DNA of 64,000 nt from Blasia pusilla (taxonomy: Eukaryota), in NCBI GenBank assembly GCA_050084515.1, contig CM114271.1:6944001-7008000 (forward strand). Direction: 5' to 3'. Both the position numbers and the translations under genes were made by a program. Below the pieces are notes generated by a model that was not told where the DNA came from, made no database searches, and saw only the letters and a list, made by a program, of their open reading frames with translations. Shown in pieces: positions 36,350 to 48,835 of this stretch (its first letter is position 1; each line of letters starts with the position of its first letter).

Positions 36350-36908
36350 TTGCAACCTTATGTTCTTCCAAGTGTCAAGTTGTTGGATGCCACCTTGAGC
36401 TCATCTCAAGCATCCAATCTTCATATGTTATATTGGGTTTATGCTTGCCAAGTATTAGCTAAGATATAGTCATTGCAACATATGATATCACTTTGATCAT
36501 TTTTGGCTCGTTTCAAGACTTATACTTGTACGTTTTTTCTAGATCTTTGTTGTGTTGGAAGGGGCTCCTTAGTAGCTTTCTAACATCACGTAACCCAAAA
36601 AAATCCTCCATGTAGCCTCCATGATCTCAAGCCTAAAGAACCATCAAAGACGCACTTAGACTTTAAGTTAGGTTGGAGCCTCCTTGTAGTCCAAATCTTG
36701 TGGAGCTTGAGTTCTCAAGTTCCATCTTACACTTGGTCTTGCACTTTTGGGTCACAAACATAACCATTTGAGACACTCATTTACACCAATATCTCACGTC
36801 TATGACTCATACCTTGCTTGTGATACTCTAATGTGTTTCCATCCTAGTGTGAGCCCACTAGAGGTATGGTCTTCTATGTTGGTGTGTATTTGGTTACAAG
36901 GGTCACAT
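36350..36908 (-). mobile_element. Degenerate LTR fragment of the 30385/27769 type
   Basis: End (CCTAGTGTGAGCCCACTAGA...TTTGGTTACAAGGGTCACA) resembles 33960-34027. The left boundary is uncertain. Confidence 0.45.
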
Positions 36909-37280
36909 CCAAAATAAAAGAAATTCGATAATACTTGATGAGCATTCATTTGAACTCTTGCTTGCTAACTCTTCTATTTACTTTCCATAAGACTACAACA
37001 TAAGGAGATATAACATGACATGTTGAAGAATAGCCACAAATTCTACATAAGAGAAGAGAAATGATTCCAGTAAGCTCAAGAGACCCACAAGTCTTTGTAG
37101 AAACTACAATGTGGAATAAAGCAAATAAATACATTACCTCTCAAACTATTGTGATCTCTAATTTCACAAGGGACATTGTGTGATTGTGTTTGGATACAAC
37201 TAAAGTAGAGAGGCACCTTGGAACTTTCCTCAATCAATCATGCATGTGAAATATATAGTCACATTCACATTCCTTGGTTA

Positions 37281-40200
37281 TGTCGTGCGCATACACATCG
37301 CTACACAACGTACATCGCTGGTCACATCTACACCACACTACACCGATCTTCCCCACACACGGGTCGATCCACACATGTACAAAATCAACTCATACATATA
37401 TATGGAGATCACACAACAAAAATAAAGAGTAGTAAAAATGGCACACCTGACCTAAAACTCCACTCCTCAATCTACATCGGCATATCGAGCCTCGTCCACC
37501 CTGTGCTATCAAGAAATCCGGGCGCTAGCACCCTAGTCCTATCTCACACACATACAAGAGAGGTGCTCCAACGGCCCAACATGAGAAAGATGGCTTGGGA
37601 AAGCCATCTTCCCCTAAAAATAGCCATCCCCCTGGTAACAGGTTATCAGGGGCGGGTGACCTTGTCAACAAGTCACCGAGTTGTGAAAGACCTCAACATG
37701 AAAGTTGTCAGAAACAACGTTCGTGACACAATGGACCTATCCTCAACCTCATCCGACACCGTGGGAAAAAGTTACACTCAAGATAGTCCGCTGGCTCCTA
37801 CGCCCTATCCACGATAGATCTCGGCCTATCGGCTACTCAAATGTGACAACTGTCGTGCGCATACATATCGCTACACAACATATATCGCTGATCACATCTA
37901 CAACACACAACACCGATCTTCCCCACACACGGGTCGGTCCACTCATATACAAAAATCAACTCATACATATACATGAAGATCATACAACCGCCCCCCTAGC
38001 TGGCAGTTGGATCCCCCCTACTCTAGATAGAAAATATCACATCTCTCTAACATGACCTACTATCCTATACACATCTCAGACACATCCATCATCTCCTGGG
38101 AACTACATCAAGAGGGGGGTCGGACATGACATATGTCACCCTTGAGAACAACCATCACATACCAACATGGTGGCTGCACCCCTCATGGATCCGCGCAACA
38201 TACACCTCAAGCCTGCAGGTACCATTGCCACGCTCGGATCCATTGTCCCTTCTAAGTTCGGAAGATGACATGGCGCAAAATTGCGCACATGATCCTTCCA
38301 AACCATACCATCCCGTCCCTCCAACATGAGGACTCCGGTCGGTAATACCTTGCGCACACCTAGGATCGTGCGTCCTACAGTGACATCTAGTGTCGTGGGT
38401 GCCGCATGCTGTAAATACACGTAATCTCCAAGATGAAACCTCCTAATCCCTAGACGATAACCTCCTCCACGAAGATTCGCGTACCTCAATGTATCTCTAT
38501 GGTGAGCAATAGCTAAATTCTCAAAGGCCTTAGGCATAACTCTAAGGAAAACCTCCGTCCTCTGAGAACATGCTTGTACCCACACATCTGGATCATCAAG
38601 ATCTAACACCTCCGCCATGTCACGTCGAATAGTTGCAAGTTAATCTGGCTCTCTCCCAAAGAGCAAAAAGTATGGTGAAAATGACGCCAAGGATGCCTAT
38701 CGACTAAAGCAATAACCCATAGCAACTGTAGGTCCCACTCCCTCAACTGTCCTCGTTGCAAACCATACTTGTGCAATCCTCTCTTCACCGTCTGTCCTAC
38801 TCTCTCCGCCAACCCATCCGCCTGAGGATGATCTCTGGACGTGGTGCGGTGATCTATCAATGCCTGATCACACAAGGCCTAAAACTCTCCATTGAACTCG
38901 GTACCCTGGTCAGTCAACACCTCTGCCGGTGCACCAAAGTGACTAAGCACACGATCTAGAAACGTATAATTTTTCCTGGCTCGCCTTGTCCGGTAGTGCT
39001 ACCAACTCTATCCACTTGGAGAAATGCTCCACCATGACCAACACGTACATGTGATGACGCCCCATCAATGGAAAAGCTCCTGCAAAGTCTAAACTCCACC
39101 GATAACCTAAATCCATAATCGGCAAAGGATGTAACTTTGGATTGGGAGCATTGAAGGATGCTCGCACTTTGTCACATACCATACATCTCGCCACAAATTG
39201 TTGTACCCCTGTATGCATGCCGCGCCATAAATGCTGAATATGTAGTAAGCTGTAAGTACGCTTCACTCCAAAATGTCCCAACTCCTCATGGGCATGTCGC
39301 ACTACACGTGTTCGTTGGGAAGGATGAGTTACCACTCGTATCCTACCATCTCTCCATACCCACAAAATGTGAGTCCCCTCCCACCTAAACCTCCTGGCTC
39401 GTTGTAGGATCCGCTCCCGCTCCCTACCACTCACTGTGCTCGCTATGACGCCAGTGCGCAAGAACTCCACAACCTCCACGTCGTCAAGGATATCACGACC
39501 ACCTGTCTCCTCCTCACTGACCTCCGGATCCAAAGACTCATCATCCAACCCCACCACTGGAGTCATCACCTGTGGTTGACCTACCATAGTCAACCAACAA
39601 AGATAGGCAAATGCATGCCAACCGGGCACCATCTCCTCATCACTCTCTCCGTGCCATCGAGCTTCTATATCGTCTCTCTGACTCGAACATGGGTTACGAC
39701 TCAACCCATCCGCATCCTGGTTTAGTCGGCCTAGCCTATGAACCACCTCAAACTCATACTCCTATAGTAATAGAGCCCACTTGGCAAGCTTTCCCGTAAG
39801 CTTGTCGGACTCCATCAATCACCTCAACGGCTGATGATCTGGTGTACCGATCCGACCTTGTCTGTTGGTTGATAGGACGGTAATCTCTACACATTCGCCT
39901 ATCTGTCCAATTTCCATACATATCCTTCTTCGTCGGCATGACTGCGGCAGATGCATACTCCCCATGTGATAACTCCACAAGTCCTGCCTCCAACAAGTCC
40001 TGACTCCTACTATGAATCAAGGCTCGCTCCATATCACAATACCCGTAGGGTCGACAAAAGATTGGCGTATCACTAGCCAACTCAATGTGTATCCCTGGAC
40101 CCTTCACCGTACCCAAGTCTCTCATATTGAAGGCAAAACAACTAACATGCCTTCTCATAAACCTATGAACTCGCCGTCGCTCTCCTCCTGTCAACTTGGG

Positions 40201-42640
40201 ACCTATAACAGGCTCCCAAGTCTCCATCGTGACCTCACTGGGAGAGGACGCAACCTCCGGCTTTGGTTGCTATATAGCAACCCTAGCCACCTCCGCAACA
40301 TCCACTCCACTCTGACCTCCTACACCATGCTCCACATCCAAAAAATGAACATGTGATACTCTTGCTGCTTTCGCACTCTCTGCTCGAACGACGTCCCAGG
40401 AAGTCCATGGGTGCCTACCTCTCCTCATCCCGCCCCCAACCAATGCCTATACAGATCTTGTAGGAAATGGTCCAACTCGTGGATGTGACGGCATGGATGA
40501 CACTTGCATCCATCTCTATTCAGCCATACCTAAGCTGACTATCCATGTGAGACAGTTGAGGTCCATCGCCTGCCCCAACACCTATCTCCGGGATGCCTCA
40601 ACCATCCCTGACACCGCCGTAGTACCCGTAGCGAACCCCATGGCACCCTCACGCTCATCGGTTGTAGGCTCCTCTAATGCTCGGGTCATCTCATCCCAAA
40701 TCATGCGTGGCCCTCCCTGACGAAAGGCATGGGATGCTCGGAAGCTCACCAACGTTGGTTGTGGTGCCCTCAACTTCCCCACCCTATTGGCCATCACCAA
40801 CGGTGGTCTATCATCCTGCGTCATCACCTGAGATTGACGCCATGAGCCTAGAATAGCATCCACTATGAGATGTGGTGCTCTCTGGACTCCATCGTATGCT
40901 CGACTCAGTACCTCGGATCGATGGTATCAGGTTCATCCACCACAGTCGTGGACGATGGGCATGTGATCCAACTCTCGCTGCATCTAGCAACACAACATGT
41001 CCCAACCAAGACCTCACCTGATGCACACTCGTTATCACATGTGCACGAGTGTCTCCCAACAACGGCACGATCTCCAAAATGTATCCTAGAGAACATGTCT
41101 GACTCTCCTGCAAGTGTCGTACTACTCACAACATCTCCCAAAACATCCATGACCTCGGATCCTGCAATCCAAATCCTCGGCCAGCTGATGAACGACCCTA
41201 ACATGGCCATCCAGCAATCACCAAATGAATGGTGCCAACTCTATCCAGATCCTGCGCCCCCACCAAAGAGATGTCGGAGGGTAGTGTATGATGATATCCC
41301 CGTACTGCAGATACCGGCAACAACTCAAAATACCGCTGGACCAATCTCGCCACGTGACGTAATGAAAGTTGCCGCGCGGTCTCATCTCTCTCCACATAAA
41401 GGTACTGATGCACCTGTATGCCCGCCTGCAATAGTGTAGCCAATCCGTTGCTAATCCCTCCGAAGAGATCTAATACCCTAACACCCTCCTCTGGACACTG
41501 CCACACAACGAGTGTGGTATCCAATGGGGTCAACGTCTCCACTTTAGGAGCCCGATTGCCACCTGACTCTCGCTGGTCTGGGATAAAGGCATGACTCCAC
41601 GCCTGCCTCACGAGGTCGTCGACACTCATTTGTAGCTCTCAAGTTGTACCCCACAATGGTGAAGAGGTCTCGCCAACATGTGAAGAGACACCCGCCATGG
41701 CCTATCTCTTTGTGGGACTATCCGCTACTGGGACATACTCCGCCTGTGCGTTCCCCTCCAACAACTCTCCTGGCTAGCTCACACTACCTGTGAAAGCTGC
41801 CAACGTGATCACAGACTCGCCTCGTGATTGACCACCTCGTCCCGTAAATTGCACAGGTAACTGACTCATCCACCCATCACGTGACCGCCACCCTGGCCAA
41901 TAAGCAACGGTCTCCTCCCATAAGTCAAGGATGAATCCTATGGGATATAAAACTGTACTCCCCACCAACACATCGTACGACTTAATTGGTGTCGTAATCG
42001 CACGTGTGTGCACCATAGCACTATCCATCGCATGCTCTAGGTTGACTCTGATAACTATCTCCTGTCGAGTCATATACTGCGTGGGTGACACGCCTCCAAT
42101 TGAGGTCTATATCTGTAAGGGAGAAGGCTCAATGTCGGCCTTTCGTAACCCAAACGCTAAACACGCCGCCTTCCCTAACATCAAGGGTTGCGCTCCCGAA
42201 TCAAGTAGGACGTGCTACGGGTGGTATACTATCCCCGTGGGACTAACCAGGCGAAATACTCCAACTCGGTTATCTAGTAACACTACTCCAAGTGTCACCA
42301 CTGCTCGCTCTATGGCCGGTCGAGCTGGCATATCTACCAACTTTGCCGCCGCCGCATGCCATGACTCTGTGGGGAACGTTCCGAGCACCAGCTCTAAGGG
42401 CAGGTCCACCACCTCCTCAACTATCTCTAAACAAGAAGCAGTCACCTCTCCACGCTCACACAACATGGCGTCCAGCCGCAACACCTCAACTGGTCCAACT
42501 CCCAACGTAGCCAACTCTATGGCGGAAAATAGTGGAGTCTGACTCTCTCCGGTGGCCACCTCCAACACTATGGTCGACATTGACTCCACTCGAGTCGGCG
42601 TAGGAGTTGTCACTCCAACTCCTCGTGTAGTGCCTCCCAC
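37281..42640 (-). mobile_element. Ty3/gypsy E3 (subfamily 2), 5'-truncated: A-B-A, PPT, PHD, integrase, partial RT, DNMT, protease
   Basis: A 37281-37417, B 37418-37848, A 37851-37988, PPT complement 37989-37998; integrase ORF 38943-39746 (HAHEELGH..CMVC..WSLDFAG); RT core and RNase H deleted at ~39835; protease VLLDSGAQPLMLG ~42175-42215. Confidence 0.92.
40530..41500 (-). pseudogene. DNMT3-like cytosine-5 DNA methyltransferase domain in E3 pol
   Basis: VRVLDLFGGISNGLATLLQAGIQVHQYLYVERD (I, II); IHLVIAGWPC*G (IV); YILEIVP (VI, Asn to Ile); LDAARVGSHAHRPRLWWMNL (VIII); EREGAMGFATGTT (IX); VLGQAMDL (X). Confidence 0.92.
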
Positions 42641-44331
42641 AATATGAATATGAAGAGTTCATGCCTATTGTGACCAAACATGATTAATTACTGTGTAAAA
42701 TCGCAAGATGATCTTGAAGTAGATGGTCTAGCCGTAAGAGGTGTCCATGCGGTGTAAAGGGATTTACAAACTTATGGCTTGCAAAGAGGCCACCTAGGAG
42801 AATGGGATATACATTCACTGAGGCTAGCAATGAGTTATAGATTTAGCTTGAAAGTGTCCTTGGCATCCTTTTGAACCTTTTTTTTCTCTCTACAAACAAG
42901 ATCTAAATTTTCCTATGTCTATTTTTGTAATGTTAGAGGTGTTGAACCAAGACGACTCAATTTTAAGGATGAGAGCATAAGCTCAATAGGCAGAGATATT
43001 CCTCCGTCTGTTCCATTGGAATTTGAGAACTTGGCTACCATCCAATATCAAGATGCGTTGAGGTATGTAAGTATTTAAGGAGGAGGATATTGATGAACAA
43101 TTTGAATATTTTATTGGGGAGACTCTTTTCAACTTGCAATACATGGCTCCAAAGACACAGCATGTTAAGACAGGGTCCTCCACATGCATTTTGAGGGTGC
43201 GCAAGGTGTTGCCACCACGTGTTCTCTTGCTAGAGGGACATGATGGTATGGTTTGAAAGGATCATATGCATAATTTCACCTTGTAACCTTCCAAACATTG
43301 ATGGGATAGTGGACTCAAGCATGTCAATGGTACCTACAAGCTTACATTGCATGATAGGTAGATTGGTCAAATGTGCTACTACTGCTAGTCTTTAATTGGT
43401 GTTTGAGAGGAAGACATATGTCAGGTTTGGCTCCATCCATCTCTTGCTAGGATTTCTTAAGGACAATGAACGTATCATAAATATCCTTAAAATAGTTATT
43501 TATGGATCTACAATTCCAAGAGGGAAATTGATGAAAATGAGATGATTAACAACGGGGCCACACTAGAAAAAATCATTTTGTGCTTAGCATTTGAGACATG
43601 TATGTCATTGTACACAAGAATATATAGAGGATTATAGGGAGTTGGAGAGACTTGACCACCAATTGTGGGTATTGTGGATTTTTTTGGGGGGAGGGGGTGG
43701 GGGATCTAAGACCTTTTGGCACATGATTACATGTATGTTTGATTTTCAACTTATGAGTTAAGTGGCTGATGGATTTAATATATAATGCGTAGCGATGTGT
43801 ATGCACATGACTAAAGTAATGTCATTTATGTTGGAGTAGAGAGTATTTACAAATCATATCGAGAGAGGGTGGATAACACCACTTGTAAGTTAAGGATGAT
43901 CTAGTGAGGAAGGCGAGGGGAGGAATGTGTATGTGCAAATTACCTCTAGTTTAGGACCTATTTGGGATCTCTATATTCAATTTACTGGCCATCCAACTTT
44001 GTTATGATTATTTAGAAGTCTAGAGTTCAAACATCATAAAACATTTGTATTTTCTCATGGCCACTTATATGTAGCATTATCCAGAGTAGTATAAAGAAGT
44101 AAGTTCCACATTATAATTGTTACGCATTCAATGAAATAAAACTATTCATCTTCTCTTTTCACATATACATATGCTTGCATGTCAATATCAGGGCATGTAA
44201 GACATTGGCGGAAAGAAGGCCGATCAATGTCTAAAGCTCATATCCCGATCCTCTTTTAATTATATAGATTATACCACTTCTTGATATCGACTTTCGTACC
44301 CTAGATGTCAACGGACTATGACATCTATTTG

Positions 44332-44336
<5 letters not shown>

Positions 44337-44364
<28 letters not shown>
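44337..44364. repeat. (TA)n microsatellite
   Basis: Directly visible. Confidence 0.95.
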
Positions 44365-44367
<3 letters not shown>

Positions 44368-44578
44368 ATCACATCTATTTGAAGTTATCCCCATTATTTT
44401 ACCATACACTCTCCTTGCAATGTGGAGTGTATGGTGAAAGTTTCACTAGTTACCGATGCCCTTTTTCTTTGCTCTAGGTCAATTTAAGAAATAGTTGCCA
44501 CTGCCATTTCTGCTATTTTTAATAAACTAGTATGTTGCTTGTGCAATGCACAGATTACAATTTTTCCCTTTAATTTAA

Positions 44579-44782
44579 TCTTTATTATTATGGGAGAATG
44601 CCTTCTTGATTTGCAAACACCTCATTCGTCGACATGTGGCAGTTGGTAACAAGAAATTTTTTCACATTCCGCGGGCAGCAAGAAAAAAATTGAATTTACG
44701 TAGAACATCATTATTCCTTTACCTGACTGTACACTAGCAAAAGCTTGTTTATTTCCCATGCATCGCACGAGCTCCTTACTAG
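44579..44782 (+). mobile_element. Putative short non-autonomous Helitron
   Basis: A|TC start, subterminal imperfect hairpin CCCATGC-ATC-GCACGAG (44755-44771), CTAG|T end; its 5' part recurs inverted at ~44930-45010 and directly at 60881. Confidence 0.5.
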
Positions 44783-45889
44783 TTACTTTTAAATGACATC
44801 CATTAATAAGAGAAGAGTCTCAAAAGAAAATATGTCAACACTTGAAAAGAATTTCCTCTAATCCGATACACGGGAGTGTAAGGACTAATCATATTGCACA
44901 CAATTTTTATTTTCTACTCGTAGAGTAGGAAACATTTGGTTGCTATCCGGTTGCCACATCTCAAACGGAGAGGAGTTTGCAAATAAAAAAAACACTCTCC
45001 CATAATTTTATATATATATACACTAATATGACCCCTGTTCTTTGCTCAAATGATTTTCAGAATGCTTTTAAGCTCGGCGGTTATGCTAGTTGTTACGGGA
45101 GCATGCCAAGATGTATACATTTATAATTAAAAGAGGATGGGATTTTTGGACCTCCTTCTCTCCTAAATGTGCTCATAGATTCCTATACACAATTTCAAAC
45201 ATAGCGCTCTCCTTATAGAGTGATACCGGGTTACCATCGGTTGAAGGGATTCCTCTTGCTTTTCTGGATCTTTTGATACGGGCTGGGCCCAATATTACGA
45301 ACTCATTCCCTCATAGTGCTAGCGGTCATTGGTGGGTGGCTCACTTACTCCTCACTTCCTCTTTTTTGGCGTTTCCAATTTCTTTCATAACTTTCTTCTG
45401 GAATGTCGGTTCTGGACGTGTTTGGGCTTGTTTCGATCGTCTTGACGAGCTCATTCTTTTGATATCACATAGTTTTTCTAGTTTTTATTCCTTCCCTGTA
45501 TGCGCCTATTTTTTTTTACGGGTTTGTTTTAGGTCAATTCCTCCCAAAAGTCTTCCTTGCTCTTTCAACTCCTTACCTTACTGCTTCGCCCCTACATACG
45601 TTTGCCATCTCCTTAAGGACATTAGAAATTCATATTCTTGAGCCATCTCTTCCGATACCATATAGATCACTTTTCCTTTTCAATTGCTTTTTATATTTTT
45701 CTCATAGTAACTTTCAATCATAAACTCGGTATTGCTTAATCTTCATTTCTCCATCTAAATTTCTTTTGGATGGATTCCATTACTTTTGCTTTGCTTGTTA
45801 TCCTCATGCTTTCTTCAAACCATCTTTCATATGTCTTTATATATGTGGGGTCACGCGGTAACCCTACATATATAAATGCTTGATATCTC

Positions 45890-48811
45890 CTATTACTCTT
45901 CCCACAATGGGTTTTAGTCCTCCCTCCAAGGGGTGGTGCAACGGGTCATCGTGAAACCTCCACACGTATTCAACGCTTTATGTATGGGGATTGGGAGAAT
46001 CTTCAGAATGAGCATGTACTCCGAGCAGAGGCCTTAGTTACGGCTCATCCCACTCAACATGCCAATCATGGAAGGCCTTCAATACAACAACGCCTTCGAC
46101 AAAGTCTACTTTTGGGGCAGGTTGGTGAGTTTTCAGGTGCAGCTCGAGCATTGGGTCCTCTTTCTCCGGTATCCAAGCGCGGAAACAGTGGCTCTCTTAG
46201 AAGCTCTTCATCCTCCTTCAAGTGGCGATGCTCCACCTTTTGTGGAAGACTATACAACGGACCTTTACTTGGAGCTTGACTTGGAGGTTTTCACAAGGGC
46301 TTTTCTGCATATTCCTTGCTTATCAGCAAGCAGGCTATCATGGATGGTTTTTGAGCATCTCCGCGATTGCTTTATCCCAGCAGATTCAACAAGTGGCTTT
46401 GTCTCTCTATATAAGGTGTGTGCACATATGGCCGTAGGTTGTCTCCCATTCTCTATCTCTAGGCTCTTAGGGGCTTGTCGTTTGTTGGCTATGGATAAGC
46501 CTCCTTCAGGTGTGCGCCCTCTGGCTATTGGAGAGATTTTATACCGCTTGGTTAGTCGATCCCGATGCTTGCAATTTCGTCCTCACTTTAGTGTCCACTT
46601 ATTTCCTCATCAATTTGGAGTGGCAACTTCTGGAGGTTGTGAGGCGGTGGTGCATGGGATTTGCTCCACTCTTGATATTCATCCAGATTGGGTAGCAATT
46701 CAAGTCGATGTGGCTAACGCATTCAATTCAGTTTCTTGTGCGGCCATCTTTGAGGAGTTACGTTGTGCAGGAGGACAACTTGCGAGCCTCATTCCATTTT
46801 TTGGTCCTTCTATGCCTATGATACGCCCATTATATATTCCCATCATGCTACTTCTAGGGAATATAGTATTCTACAATCGGCTTGTGGCACACGTCAAGGT
46901 GATCCCATGGGTGGCCCACTCTTTGCCATTGCCTTTTTTCGTGCCCTCCGAGCATCAACGCAAGCATTTCCATCTTGTCTTTTCCCTATAATGTGATGAC
47001 ACTCATATTATAGGTCCTGCTTCTGAAGTGGTTCTGCTTATACCCATTTCGTGGAGCAACTCTCTTTCTTAAACCTTGAAGTCCAACCTGTAAATGTGGA
47101 GTATGGTCTCCTTCATGCCTTCCCTCAACATTCACCCCACTTACTCATGATTTTCCCATCTACATTGGAGGGGTTAGAGTTCTTGGGGTCCCAATTGGCT
47201 TCATTGACTATGTCTCAAAGTTCTTGGATGAGGCCCTTTTGAAAGACGTGGAATGGCTTCATTTGTTACCTTATCTAGGGGATCCTCAAGTGGCTTATGG
47301 GATTCTCTCCCCATGTTTTCTACGACGTCATTCCTACCTTCTTCGCACTTGCCCTCCCACTTCAAGGTTCTTACATCGGTTGGCCTCTTTTGATACTTCT
47401 ATCTTGGCAACTTTTGGTCAACTTCTTAGCCCGAATACCTTTGAGGGAGAGGACGGTGTCTTTCCTTCACGACAAGCTATCTTGCCTATTTCTTTTGGAG
47501 GGGTGGGACTGTCCTCCATACTCGTATGTGCTCCCGCAGCCTTTTTGGGGAGTTGGGCGTTGGTAGCACGGATTATGGCTTCAAGGTTTCTCCAAGGAAA
47601 TACACCTATCTTGATGGATCATATCGCCCATGTAGAGGAGGGGGACTTGTTATTTCAACAACAACTGAGATCTGCATGAGCTCTTCTTCCTCTTGCTACA
47701 CAAGCAATTCTAACCCCTTTCATTCAACTAATTACGGAAGGGCTTGATCGACTTCAAGAGCATATCTACGAGAATCTGCATCAAATCAACTTTTCCAGCA
47801 TTCTCTTTGAGGCATCCTCTGACGCTAATCGAGCTCATCTACGTTCATGTGCGGGCACCGGAGCGGGGGCGTGGCTTACTGAAAATCCTCTTATTCTTCC
47901 ATTTCGTCTTCCTCGAAGTATATTCTCGACAACTTTGCGGTTACGTCTTGGACTTCCCCATCCTTCTCTCTCAGGTGTGCCGAATTGTGTATGCAGGGAT
48001 CCCATTTATGCCAAGGGTATCCATATTCTCCGATGTACACGTGGTGGAGAACAAACGGCCACACATGATGTCATTAGAGAGGCGGTAGCATCGATGGCTC
48101 GTACTGCAAGATACACCGTTGGCCAAGAGCAACTCCATGTCCTACCTTCAACCACACAAGCAACCTCTCGTCGGAGAGTGGATCTTGTTATATCTCGAGG
48201 TGGATTCTGGACACTAGGTGATGTGGTGGTTGCTGATCCAACACGTTCTGACTTGGTGTGTCGAGCCGTACATGCCAAAGGTTTGGCGGCCGAAGATGCA
48301 GCAAGAATCAAGGAGTTAAGTTATGTTGTGAGACATGCGACTGATGGATTTATTCCTTTTGAAGTGGAAGTATTCGGTCATTTACATGTGTCTTTTGATA
48401 CTTTCCTGAAAATATGTGCTCACCACTCCCTCGAGAATCATCACCTTGCCCCTTCCCGTAGTCCATCTCTCTCGGTAGTTACTACTTATTTTCGGCAATG
48501 CATCTCAGTGGCCTTACAACGTGCACAAGCCTTGGCATTGATACGTCGTGCAGAGGTGGTGGGGGGTCGCTAGCCTCGTCGTCCATTCACGTTTGACCAA
48601 CCACTCGTGTTCTTGTAAGATTTGTTTCAGGCTATCAACCGTGTAGCTCGTTGAGCCGATGTTTGCGTAGGTTTGCTGCCATTTTCTTTTTGCAATCTTT
48701 TATGCATTTTTTGACTCGTCTTTTGAGTTGTTATTACCTTTCTTTCTCCTCTTTTGAGGTTTATTTTATAATAAAATGGATATATTTTATGGGGTCATCC
48801 TCTTTTAATTA
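45890..48811 (+). mobile_element. CRE-like non-LTR retrotransposon (RT, CCHC, restriction-like endonuclease), 5'-truncated and frameshifted
   Basis: GVRPLAIGEILYRLVSR, QFGV, QVDVANAFNSV, GTRQGDPMGGPLF, CDDTHILG, CVCRDPIYAKGIHILRC, THDVIRE, RRVDL..DVVVADP, FIPFEVEVFG, ISVALQRAQA; followed by (TAGA)3. Confidence 0.9.
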
Positions 48812-48835
48812 GATAGATAGATAAATAAGAGTGTA

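Noticed and set aside
40530-41500. Methyltransferase as a host DNMT3/DRM gene or bacterial contamination
   Set aside because: It is intronless, collinear with pol at the same position in separate elements, and has motif I first, unlike the permuted order of DRM.
40870-42542. Long plus-strand ORFs (40870-41439, 41931-42542)
   Set aside because: Antisense shadows of the minus-strand pol.
42680-43560. Possible decayed DNA-transposon coding sequence (also 1-660 and 3000-3700)
   Set aside because: No motif could be identified with confidence.
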